NCBI GenBank assembly: GCA_027340655.1
Contig: DAHWQR010000003.1
Span: 1-58,310 of the forward strand
Source: Candidatus Saccharimonadota bacterium
GTDB taxonomy: Bacteria; Patescibacteriota; Saccharimonadia; Saccharimonadales; UBA4665
Direction of reading: 5' to 3'
DNA: 58,310 nucleotides
The notes under the pieces: generated by a model
The model's database searches: none
The model's input: only the letters and a program-made list of their open reading frames with translations
Told to the model about the DNA's origin: nothing
Position numbers and translations under genes: made by a program
Part shown: one piece after another, positions 24,880 through 35,646 of the stretch
Layout: each line of letters begins with the position of its first letter
Position numbering within the stretch: position 1 is the stretch's first letter

Positions 24880-25342
24880 CTACGGAATACTGGTGTATAA
24901 GATTGAGCAAGGACAAGTCAGCGTCTTACTGGCTCACCCTAGCGGTCCGTTTTGGGCCAACAAAGACAGTTGGACTGTTCCAAAGGGAGAACCAGAAGAA
25001 AACGAAACCGAACTTGCTACTGCTAAGCGCGAGTTTCATGAAGAAACCGGCCTGAGCCTGAACTTCGATCAGCCACTGCTTGATCTGGGCGAACTAAAGC
25101 AGTCCGCCGTTAAGACTAATCACATCTGGGCCATTGACGCCGATCCAGACCTAGATCACTTCTCCAGCAATAATTTTGAGCTTGAGTGGCCGCCTAACTC
25201 CGGTAAAAAGCAGAGTTTTAAAGAGGTTGATCGAGTAGCATGGTTTGATCTAAAGAGCGCTAAAACCAAGCTCTTTCCGAGCCAGCGCCTGTTTGTTGAG
25301 CGCTTAAAATCGGCACTCGATAAAGAACAACTGTTAAAATAG
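24860..25342 (+). CDS. NUDIX hydrolase
   Basis: The Nudix box is GEPEENETELATAKREFHEETGL (Gx5Ex7REUxEExGU). It overlaps the HIT gene by 20 nt. Confidence 0.85.
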   Translation: MMKPITSYGILVYKIEQGQVSVLLAHPSGPFWANKDSWTVPKGEPEENETELATAKREFHEETGLSLNFDQPLLDLGELKQSAVKTNHIWAIDADPDLDHFSSNNFELEWPPNSGKKQSFKEVDRVAWFDLKSAKTKLFPSQRLFVERLKSALDKEQLLK

Positions 25343-25354
25343 CTAAAAGGCAAT

Positions 25355-26827
25355 ATGAGTAAATATTACGTAACAACTTCAATACCGTATATTAACGCCG
25401 AACCGCATATTGGGTTCGCGCTTGAGCTGCTGTACGCCGATGTTCTGGCTCGTCATGCCCGGGCGAACGGCGAAGACGTGATTTTTGTTACCGGCACTGA
25501 TGAGCATGGCGGAAAAATTGCTGAACGCGCCAAAGCCAGCAATCTAACTCTCAAACAATATACCGACCAAGTATCTGAACGCTTCCGCGAGTTAACTAAA
25601 GTACTGGCGATTAGCAACAACCGCTTTGTTCGAACTACTGATCAGGGCCATGAACAGCGGGCTGCCGAGATATGGAAAAGATTAGAGAAAGACATCTACA
25701 AAGGTCGCTATGAGGGTTGGTACTGTGTCGGCGACGAAGCTTTCTTTACCGAAACCGAAGTTAAAGCTAACAAGGGTATTTGCCCGGCGCACAACCGGCC
25801 ATATGAAAAACTGGTGGAGGAAAATTACTTCTTTAAACTAACTAGCTACAGCGAACAAGTAAAACAAGCCATTGTTAGCGGCAGTTTTAACATAGTCCCG
25901 CCTACCCGGCGCAACGAAATCCTATCACTCTTAGAACAAGGTCTGGAGGATATTTCAATTAGCCGACCTAAAGACAAATTAAACTGGGGCATAACGGTCC
26001 CGGGCGACCCAGACCAAGTAATATATGTCTGGTTTGAAGCGCTGATGAACTATATAACCGTTCTTGGATATCCGGAGCAGGAAGAGTTCAAACAATACTG
26101 GCCGGCTAATGTTCAGGTTATCGGTAAGGACATTATCCGCTTTCATGCCGCAATTTGGCCGGCCATGCTCCTAGCTCTAGATATTGCGCTGCCCAAGCAA
26201 CTCTACGTACACGGTTTCGTTACGGCCGAAGGTAAAAAGATGAGCAAAAGCATAGGTAACGTAATTAATCCCTTTGACGCAATTAAGCCCTACGGAGTAG
26301 ACGCCTTTCGTTACTACATGCTTAAGAATATGCCGAGTTATGACGATGGGGATTTTAGCTGGGAAAGATTTAAGGCTGCCTACAACAACGAATTGGCTAA
26401 CGAGCTGGGTAATTTAGTGCAGCGGATTCGAGTTATGGCTTCAAAGTATCTAGAAGGCCAGGTCAAAGATATTCCTCCGGCCGAGCACGACATCACGCAG
26501 TACAACGAAGCTCTTGCCGAGTGCCATTTCGATAAAGCCCTAGAAACTGTTTGGGAGCAGGTCAGGGGGCTTAACCAATATATTGACGAAGAAAAACCTT
26601 GGGAAGTGGCTAAGGTTGGTGACCGGGAGCACCTTAACGAGGTAATCGCCTATCTAATTAGCAGTATTCGTGAAATTGCCGACCTACTAGCTCCATTTAT
26701 GCCGCTAACCTCAAGGAAGATAAGTGAAGTATTTAAAGACGGACCATTAACTCCATCGCACCTAGTGCTATTTCCGAAGCAAGATTCCGCTCCTAATGCA
26801 GAGAAACATGACCAAGCTAATAGATAG
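25355..26827 (+). CDS. metG: Methionine--tRNA ligase (compact form)
   Basis: PYINAEPHIGF (HIGH motif), KMSKS, and an anticodon-binding helical C-terminus. At 490 aa it has no C-terminal Trbp111-like extension. Confidence 0.95.
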   Translation: MSKYYVTTSIPYINAEPHIGFALELLYADVLARHARANGEDVIFVTGTDEHGGKIAERAKASNLTLKQYTDQVSERFRELTKVLAISNNRFVRTTDQGHEQRAAEIWKRLEKDIYKGRYEGWYCVGDEAFFTETEVKANKGICPAHNRPYEKLVEENYFFKLTSYSEQVKQAIVSGSFNIVPPTRRNEILSLLEQGLEDISISRPKDKLNWGITVPGDPDQVIYVWFEALMNYITVLGYPEQEEFKQYWPANVQVIGKDIIRFHAAIWPAMLLALDIALPKQLYVHGFVTAEGKKMSKSIGNVINPFDAIKPYGVDAFRYYMLKNMPSYDDGDFSWERFKAAYNNELANELGNLVQRIRVMASKYLEGQVKDIPPAEHDITQYNEALAECHFDKALETVWEQVRGLNQYIDEEKPWEVAKVGDREHLNEVIAYLISSIREIADLLAPFMPLTSRKISEVFKDGPLTPSHLVLFPKQDSAPNAEKHDQANR

Positions 26828-27623
26828 CCACTGCCATATTCACTCCTTCGGCCCGAACAGTGAAGACCAAACCGCAAGTAAATGGGCTAAGCTGGGACTT
26901 GACCCAAAGGAGATTATCCGACGTGCAGAAGCGTCAAAAGTGATGGAGTTTATCTGCGTCGGTACCGATCTGGCGGACAGCGCGGCAGCAGTTTCGTTCG
27001 CTCAAGCCAATGAGGGCTGTTATGCCGCCGTCGGCATTCACCCGCATGAAGCGAAGCGATATATTAACGATCCTAAAGCTCAAGCTGAGTTTAGCGAGTT
27101 GCTCAAGCAGCCTAAGGTAGTGGCAATTGGCGAGTGCGGCCTGGATTACTATTACCAGCATTCAGACCCTTTAGAGCAGGAGGCAATCTTAAAATTTCAA
27201 CTAGACTTGGCGCATAAGAACAATTTAGCGCTTATTTTCCATGTGCGGGAAGCCTTCTCTGACTTTTGGCCAATATTCGACAGTTACTCTAAGGGAACGC
27301 TGCGCGGGGTATTGCACAGCTTTACAGATACCAAAGAAACATTAACCGCGGCTATAGATAGGGGGTTATACATTGGCGTTAACGGCATTGCGACTTTCGC
27401 CAAGGATCCGGCCCAAAAAGAAATGTTTAAGGCTATATCGCTGGATCGTTTACTCCTTGAAACCGACGCTCCTTACTTGACGCCAGCCCCATATCGTGGT
27501 AATATAAACGAACCAAAATACATAGTGCGGATAGCCGAGTTTTTAGCGGAACTTAGACAAGTTAAGCTTGAAACTCTCGAACGAGCAGCTACGGATAACA
27601 CGAAACTTCTTTTTGGGATATAA
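26796..27623 (+). CDS. tatD: TatD-family metal-dependent hydrolase/DNase
   Basis: Motifs IDSHCHI, GECGLDYY, FHVREA, LHSF and ETDAPYL. An alternative ATG lies at 26808. The gene overlaps the metG 3' end. Confidence 0.9.
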   Translation: MQRNMTKLIDSHCHIHSFGPNSEDQTASKWAKLGLDPKEIIRRAEASKVMEFICVGTDLADSAAAVSFAQANEGCYAAVGIHPHEAKRYINDPKAQAEFSELLKQPKVVAIGECGLDYYYQHSDPLEQEAILKFQLDLAHKNNLALIFHVREAFSDFWPIFDSYSKGTLRGVLHSFTDTKETLTAAIDRGLYIGVNGIATFAKDPAQKEMFKAISLDRLLLETDAPYLTPAPYRGNINEPKYIVRIAEFLAELRQVKLETLERAATDNTKLLFGI

Positions 27624-27643
27624 TTAAACTTTTCGAGAACATT

Positions 27644-27964
27644 ATGAATCAAGACGACCACTCAATGGAAACACTAAGGACTAAGCACCCGGCAGAGGCC
27701 CGCTTGCGGGTGGTTGCACGAGGCGCAGACAACCTGGAAGCTGCTGTTGCAGTTAAGTTTTCTATTGAGCGGCCCCCTGTAGCGGTTCCCGATGTGCTAG
27801 CAAAAACAAATATTGCGCCAGCTCAGGAGATAGCGAAAGTTGAAGCCGTATCTGAAACGGCCATAGGCGTTGACGGCGAGCTAAATATTGTTTCAATCCT
27901 CTCTCACATCGAGCGTATCTACTCCGATCAACCAGATGAATTAGACGGCGAAAGGGCTGCTTAG
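27644..27964 (+). CDS. Small acidic hypothetical protein
   Basis: A 106-aa D/E-rich ORF. It ends 1 nt before the start of the next ORF. No motif is recognised. Confidence 0.45.
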   Translation: MNQDDHSMETLRTKHPAEARLRVVARGADNLEAAVAVKFSIERPPVAVPDVLAKTNIAPAQEIAKVEAVSETAIGVDGELNIVSILSHIERIYSDQPDELDGERAA

Positions 27965-27965
27965 A

Positions 27966-28331
27966 ATGATTATCGATTCCATTAAGAAAGCTCTAAGCAC
28001 ACCCCTGAACAGTACCCAGGAGCTGATCCGCTATGAAGCTAAAATTGGCGGATTGTTGTTCGGGCCGGTTCCAAACAAGCATCGCCGGGAATTTTTCTGT
28101 TTAGATGAATACACCTGGGTTTGGCACGAAGAGTGGCCGGATAAACGTGGTCGCCGGCGCAGCCTGACTACCCGTTATGACGTTCGACCAAACGGTGTTT
28201 TTAAGGCCCAAGGTAATAACCCCTACCGTGAAATCAGCCAAGAAGAGCTGCTCAACCTCTACCAGGCTAGCCAGTTATATCGCAAAAAAGTTACTCCTGA
28301 ATTGCAGCGTCTGGCCAACCAAGCCTCATAG
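27966..28331 (+). CDS. Small basic hypothetical protein
   Basis: A 121-aa ORF with R/K-rich segments (KHRREFF, DKRGRRRSLTTRY). It is tightly coupled to the preceding acidic ORF. No motif is recognised. Confidence 0.5.
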   Translation: MIIDSIKKALSTPLNSTQELIRYEAKIGGLLFGPVPNKHRREFFCLDEYTWVWHEEWPDKRGRRRSLTTRYDVRPNGVFKAQGNNPYREISQEELLNLYQASQLYRKKVTPELQRLANQAS

Positions 28332-28350
28332 CGGCCGGGTTTTTTAAGGC

Positions 28351-29493
28351 ATGAAACCAATCTATCTGGACTATGCGGCAGCCACCCCGTTAGATAAACG
28401 CGTTGCCGACTTAATGCTGCCATATGCTGCCGAGAAGTTCTTTAACCCTTCGGCAGATTATCAGGCAGCCAGAGAAGTTAAGGCTAGACTGAATCAAGCC
28501 CGCGCTCAGGTAGCCGCAGTTCTAGGCTCTAAGCCCGGAGAGGTGGTATTTTGCGCTGGCGGCACTGAAGCTAACAATTTGGCCATCAAAGGCGTAATGG
28601 AGAGCTATCCGAAGGCCAAGCTGCTAATTTCGGCAGTTGAACACGAATCGGTACTAGCCCCAGCTGCTCTTTTTAAGCACGCGGTACTTAAAGTTGACAC
28701 CGCCGGCCGTCTAGACCTTGAAGATTTGGTTCAACAGCTTGATGAGCGAACGGTTTTAGTAAGCGTCATGTACGCCAATAACGAAGTCGGTACCATTCAA
28801 CCGCTCAGACGAATTGCCGCGATCATTAACGAGCAAAGGGCAAAACGCCGGGCTCAAGGCAATCGGCTACCGCTACTGTTTCATACTGACGCCTGCCAGG
28901 CCGGCAACTTCTTGGATTTACATGTTAGCCGTCAGGGTGTCGATTTAATGACATTAAACGGCGGCAAGGTCTATGGGCCTAAACAGAGCGGCGCCTTATA
29001 TGTGCGCGCCGGCGTAGCCCTAAAGCCCTTAGTTGACGGCGGACATCAGGAGTCCGGCTTACGCTCCGGAACTGAAAATATTAGCGCCGACATCGGTTTT
29101 GCTGCAGCCTTGAGTTTGGCGCAGGAACAGCGCCTCGAACAGAGCGATGCGCAATCTAAACTAAGAGACTACTTTATTAAAAAACTAGAAGAAAATTTCA
29201 AGGCCTTAGTTACTATTAACGGCTCCCAAAAACAGCGTCTCCCTAATAACGTTCATGCCACATTCAAAGGCAAGGACAATGAGGTGATGCTTATTAAGCT
29301 TGATCAAGCCGGTGTTATGGCGGCCGCCGGTTCAGCTTGCAGTGCCGCCCGCAGCGAATCATCACATGCGCTGCTTGCCATGGGCCTATCTGACGATGAG
29401 GCCCGTGCTTCTCTTCGCTTTACTTTAGGCAGAGAGACCACTAAAGCCGAGATCGACCGGGTAATTGACATACTTCAGACCCTTGTCGACTAA
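28351..29493 (+). CDS. Cysteine desulfurase (NifS/IscS/YrvO-type, class V aminotransferase)
   Basis: Motifs IYLDYAAATP, GGTEANN, HTDACQA, PLP-Lys context NGGKVYGPK, RSGTEN and the catalytic loop GSACSA. Confidence 0.9.
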   Translation: MKPIYLDYAAATPLDKRVADLMLPYAAEKFFNPSADYQAAREVKARLNQARAQVAAVLGSKPGEVVFCAGGTEANNLAIKGVMESYPKAKLLISAVEHESVLAPAALFKHAVLKVDTAGRLDLEDLVQQLDERTVLVSVMYANNEVGTIQPLRRIAAIINEQRAKRRAQGNRLPLLFHTDACQAGNFLDLHVSRQGVDLMTLNGGKVYGPKQSGALYVRAGVALKPLVDGGHQESGLRSGTENISADIGFAAALSLAQEQRLEQSDAQSKLRDYFIKKLEENFKALVTINGSQKQRLPNNVHATFKGKDNEVMLIKLDQAGVMAAAGSACSAARSESSHALLAMGLSDDEARASLRFTLGRETTKAEIDRVIDILQTLVD

Positions 29494-29571
29494 TTGCTTG
29501 TCTGATCATTCTGGGGTATATTAAAACTTAAGCAGAAAGCATAAATAAGCAAAAATGGTGGGATAAAGTAA

Positions 29572-30192
29572 ATGACAATTTGGTGGCTGGCAGTCATATT
29601 AGTATCACTCGTTTCTGCCGGTATTGCTTTCATCTGGATAATAACTAAACTTTCGCGCCTAAGCGAAGCGCCCAAGAATGCCCACCAACAGCTGCTGGAT
29701 GCGGCAAATACTGACGTGGAGCATATCTTCAATGAGGAATTCCGAGAGGAATTACGCAATCGCGGCCGTCTGCACTTTGAGAAGATTATTGGTGAAAACG
29801 CGATGTTTTTGCAGCAGGACCTGCGGCTGACCACCAGCCAGCTAAATGAGTACATGAAGCAAGAGCTGGGCACTAAGCTTAAAGAAGAGTTTGCCAAATA
29901 TGAGGAGTCGATTACCGATGCTAAGCAAATGGCGATCGACTCAATTGAGAAAACCAAGGAAATTATTGAAGAACAACGCCAAATGATGAGCCAGCAAATG
30001 TCGGCTGAGGTTGAAGCTGAGAAGCAGCGCCTAATCGGCCGTTTTGAACAAAATATGGCCGACATCATCAACCATTACGTTTTGGCGGCCATCGGCAAGC
30101 AAATCGATCTAAGCGATCAACTGGAGTACATCTTGTCCGAACTGGAAGCTAACAAGCAGGCAATTGCAGAGGACATTACGCATGGCGCATGA
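29572..30192 (+). CDS. atpF: F-type ATP synthase subunit b-like stator protein
   Basis: A single N-terminal TM helix (IWWLAVILVSLVSAGIAFIWII) is followed by a long charged coiled coil. The gene sits directly upstream of delta-alpha-gamma-beta-epsilon. The assignment rests on architecture and position only. Confidence 0.55.
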   Translation: MTIWWLAVILVSLVSAGIAFIWIITKLSRLSEAPKNAHQQLLDAANTDVEHIFNEEFREELRNRGRLHFEKIIGENAMFLQQDLRLTTSQLNEYMKQELGTKLKEEFAKYEESITDAKQMAIDSIEKTKEIIEEQRQMMSQQMSAEVEAEKQRLIGRFEQNMADIINHYVLAAIGKQIDLSDQLEYILSELEANKQAIAEDITHGA

Positions 30193-30685
30193 ACAGCTGG
30201 TATTGCCCCTAAGGGTAATCAGTCAGGGCGATGCCATGCGCTTAAAGCGTGAGCTAGAGGCGCTGAATGATTACGTGCATCAATCCGAACTTCGCGATTC
30301 CGGAGCGGAGCTTAAAAGCTTGCCGAAACCATCTTTGGCACTGAATGATTTAGCCCAAGAAAACAGCCTCAGCCTACTCAAGCACGAGGATCGAGAAGCC
30401 GCTTTAGCGTTTCTTAATCAGCTGGTTGAGAGCGCCCCGATTATTCATATTAGTTTTGCGAGCGAACCTTCAAGCGCTTTCATGGCTAAAATTACGAGAT
30501 GGTTCAGAGATCAGGTAGATCCTCTGTTATTAATTAATGTCGGACTGGAACCATTAATTGCCGCCGGATTTACCCTTCGAACACTTAACCATTACCATGA
30601 TTTCAGTTTGCGCCAGCAATTTAGTAATCAGCGGGAGCTGCTACTTAACGGGATTAAGGAGTCCCAGTCAATTAAGGCCCTATGA
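30182..30685 (+). CDS. atpH: F-type ATP synthase subunit delta (OSCP)-like
   Basis: The C-terminal VDPLLLINVGLEPLIAAGFTLRTLNHYHDFSLRQQ parallels the delta-subunit end (vdp.liGG..v..gd..iD.S.r..L). The gene lies immediately before atpA. The ATG at 30182 is preferred over 30164. Confidence 0.6.
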   Translation: MAHEQLVLPLRVISQGDAMRLKRELEALNDYVHQSELRDSGAELKSLPKPSLALNDLAQENSLSLLKHEDREAALAFLNQLVESAPIIHISFASEPSSAFMAKITRWFRDQVDPLLLINVGLEPLIAAGFTLRTLNHYHDFSLRQQFSNQRELLLNGIKESQSIKAL

Positions 30686-32105
30686 GCGACAATCGTCACT
30701 TCGATCATTTAGTTGAATCCGGCAGCCCGATTGGCGAAGTGGCGGCGGTTAACGACTTTCTGATCAAGATTAGCGGCATGCAGCCGGTTAACGTGCGTTC
30801 GCTGGTCTTGTTCGAAGACGGCAGTAAAGGTTACGTTACCGAGGTCGGCGAACAGTTTACGAGCGTACTTCATCTTGGCACGGACACCTTAACTGTCGGT
30901 ATGCGGGCCGTGGTTCAACACGATGAACTGGTAACTCGAGTAGGGCGGGACTTTATTGGCCGGGTGGTCAATGTTTTTGGTGAGCCGCTAGACGGCAAGG
31001 GACCGATTGCCGCTGAAGCCACTTGGCCGGTATTTAAAGACGCTCCGCCGCTATCTGAAAGATTAGGTCTAAGCGATCAATTGGCTACGGGGGTGAGTGT
31101 GATCGACAGCCTGCTGCCCTTAATCAAGGGTCAGCGTTTGGCAATTCTCGGCGACAGTAAATCCGGTAAGACTGCGCTGGCCACTCAAATAGTCACCAAC
31201 CAAGCGCAAACCGATGAGGTTTCAATCTATGTCTTAATTGCTAAGCGCCGCACTGACATCTCTAATTTATTGTTACGCTTAGAAGCGGCTAAGGTAATGG
31301 ATAATTGCATTGTTGTCGTCTCGACTAGTTTCGACTCTTTAATCGCTAGCTATCTAGCTCCTTACGTTGGCTGCGCACTGGGGGAATATCTTTGGCAGAA
31401 GTGCGACCGCGATGTAGTAATTGTTTATGATGACCTAACCAGCCACGCCCATGTCTATCGCCAGGTAGCCTTGCTTTCCCGCATGAGTCCGGGACGCGAC
31501 TCATACCCTGGAGATATGTTTTATGCCCACTCCAGTCTGCTGGAGCGTGCCGGCCGTCTAAAATCCAACAAAAAAACATTTACCGCAGTGCCGATTGTCT
31601 TAGCCGACAGCGGAGATATTGCCGCCTATTTGCCAACCAATATTATGTCAATTACCGATGGGCAGTGGATATTAGACATGAAAGTCTTTAGGGACACCAT
31701 GCGCCCAGCAGTAAGTGTCGGCTTAAGTGTATCCAGGGTTGGCGGAGTTGGTCAGAATCAACGCCAGAAAGAACTAACGGCCGAAGCTTTGAAACTGCTA
31801 GCCGATTACAGCGAAGCCGAAGAATATGCTCACTTCGGATCGGAACTGGCATTGCAGGCCCAAACCTCGTTGGCTCGCGGCAAAATGCTGTTCCAGCTAA
31901 TGAACCAGCAGATAGACGAACACTACTCAGTGCTGGCACAGACCTTAGCTTTAGATATCGTGCTCCATGCGCCTTTAGACAAGCCACTAAACATTCAAAA
32001 GCTCAAAAGCCAGGTTAACCAGACGGCCCAGGAGTTTAAAAGTGATGCCGATTATGAACACCTTAGAGACAAGTTGCTTAAAGAAAGTTTGGTGGAGCTA
32101 AAGAG

Positions 32106-32109
<4 letters not shown>
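30682..32109 (+). CDS. atpA: F1 ATP synthase subunit alpha (short, variant P-loop GDSKSGKT)
   Basis: Motifs GRVVNVFGEPLDGKGP, LAILGDSKSGKTALA, VYDDLTSHAHVYRQVALLSRMSPGRDSYPGDMFYAHSSLLERAG and ITDGQWIL...RPAVSVGLSVSRVGG. Confidence 0.9.
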
Positions 32110-34263
<2,154 letters not shown>

Positions 34264-34264
<1 letters not shown>

Positions 34265-34527
34265 TGGCCGATCAAACTAAAACTTTGAAGGTCAAAGTGG
34301 CTTCGCCTTACCAGGTATATTTTGACGAGCCGGCTTTATCCATATCCGGAGTTAATAAGACCGGACCGTTTGATGTTTTGCCCGGCCACCATAATTTTAT
34401 TACCTTGCTTCAGCCTTGCGAACTGGTCATTAGGATGAACAACAACGATCAGCGCAAAGTAATCCGGATTAACGGCGGACTGATGCATGTCAAAGCGGAC
34501 ATGGCAAGCGTCTTTCTAGACGTCTAA
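34264..34527 (+). CDS. atpC: F1 ATP synthase subunit epsilon, beta-sandwich domain only
   Basis: LKVKVASPYQVYFDEPALSISGVNKTGPFDVLPGHHNFITLLQPCELVI matches the N-terminal epsilon fold (G.fgiLpgH.p.it.L.pG.l). At 87 aa it lacks the C-terminal helical hairpin. Confidence 0.75.
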
Positions 34528-34565
34528 ATTCGCATTAGCCGTTCCTCTTAGGATAAAATGTCAGG

Positions 34566-35621
34566 ATGAACCGAAAGAAGGTGTTCGTCGGCATGTCCGG
34601 CGGTGTAGACAGTTCACTGGCCGCGGCGCTCTTGCTTGAGCAGGGCTATGAAGTCACTGGGGTGTTCATGAAAAACTGGACCCGCGATCTGCCCGGATTT
34701 GCTTGCGGCTGGGAAGAAGACTTCAAGGATGCCAAGGCCGTTGCGGTGCAACTGGGAATCCCCTTTATGGTTTTCGATTTCGAGACTGAATACCGCCAAC
34801 AGGTTGTCGATTACATGCTGTCAGCCTACCAGCAAGGTCTGACGCCAAACCCGGATATTATGTGCAATCAGGAAATAAAGTTTAAGCTCTTCTTAAATAA
34901 GGCTACTGATCTGGGTGCCGAGCTAATTGCTACCGGACATTACGCGAGATCGATTAATGGCAAGCTGTTAATGGCTGAAGACAAATCTAAAGACCAGAGC
35001 TACTTTCTCTACCGAATCAGTAGCCAAGCACTAAAGCGCACCCTTTTCCCGCTAGGTGAAATGCACAAGAGTGAGGTTCGCAAGGAAGCGGCACGGCGTA
35101 ATTTAATAACCGCCGAAAAGCCGGATAGCCAGGGCATTTGTTTCGTCGGCGAAATCGGCATCAAGCAGTTTTTATTAAGCGAGCTGGGCGAACAACCCAA
35201 AGGAAAGATCGTTGATCAGCGGGGTAAGGTAATTGGCGAGCATGACGGGGCTATCTACTACACGATCGGGCAGCGCCACGGTTTAAACGTCGGTGGCGGT
35301 TTACCTTACTATGTAATCCGCAAAGACATGGCTAAAAACGAGGTTTATGTCAGCAGCGAATTAACTGATCCGGGTCTTTGGAGCAGCGAACTTGGATTAA
35401 CCGATCCCTGGTGGATAAATACTCAGCCGGAGAATGGCAGCGGCTACAGCGTTAAGTGCCGTTACCGCACCGATGCTGCCTCATGCCAAGTATCGATAGA
35501 TAAAGAGGAGGTTAGTCTTAAATTAGATGAGGCGGTGCGCGCTGCCAGCCCCGGCCAATCGGCAGTTATCTACCGCGGCGAACAGGTAGTTGGCGGTGGA
35601 ATTATTAATCGTTGCGCCTAA
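34566..35621 (+). CDS. mnmA: tRNA 2-thiouridine(34) synthase
   Basis: Motifs VFVGMSGGVDSS (PP-loop), NPDIMCNQEIKF, ATGHYAR, KDQSYFL and DSQGICFVG. Confidence 0.95.
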   Translation: MNRKKVFVGMSGGVDSSLAAALLLEQGYEVTGVFMKNWTRDLPGFACGWEEDFKDAKAVAVQLGIPFMVFDFETEYRQQVVDYMLSAYQQGLTPNPDIMCNQEIKFKLFLNKATDLGAELIATGHYARSINGKLLMAEDKSKDQSYFLYRISSQALKRTLFPLGEMHKSEVRKEAARRNLITAEKPDSQGICFVGEIGIKQFLLSELGEQPKGKIVDQRGKVIGEHDGAIYYTIGQRHGLNVGGGLPYYVIRKDMAKNEVYVSSELTDPGLWSSELGLTDPWWINTQPENGSGYSVKCRYRTDAASCQVSIDKEEVSLKLDEAVRAASPGQSAVIYRGEQVVGGGIINRCA

Positions 35622-35646
35622 ACTGCTAAAATACTTAGATTAAACT

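Noticed and set aside
29490-30071. 193-aa minus-strand ORF opposite the ATPase b-like gene
   Set aside because: It is a Ser/Cys/Ile-rich low-complexity translation antisense to a gene that fits the operon context. It looks like a typical shadow ORF of a coiled-coil (GAA/AAG-rich) gene.
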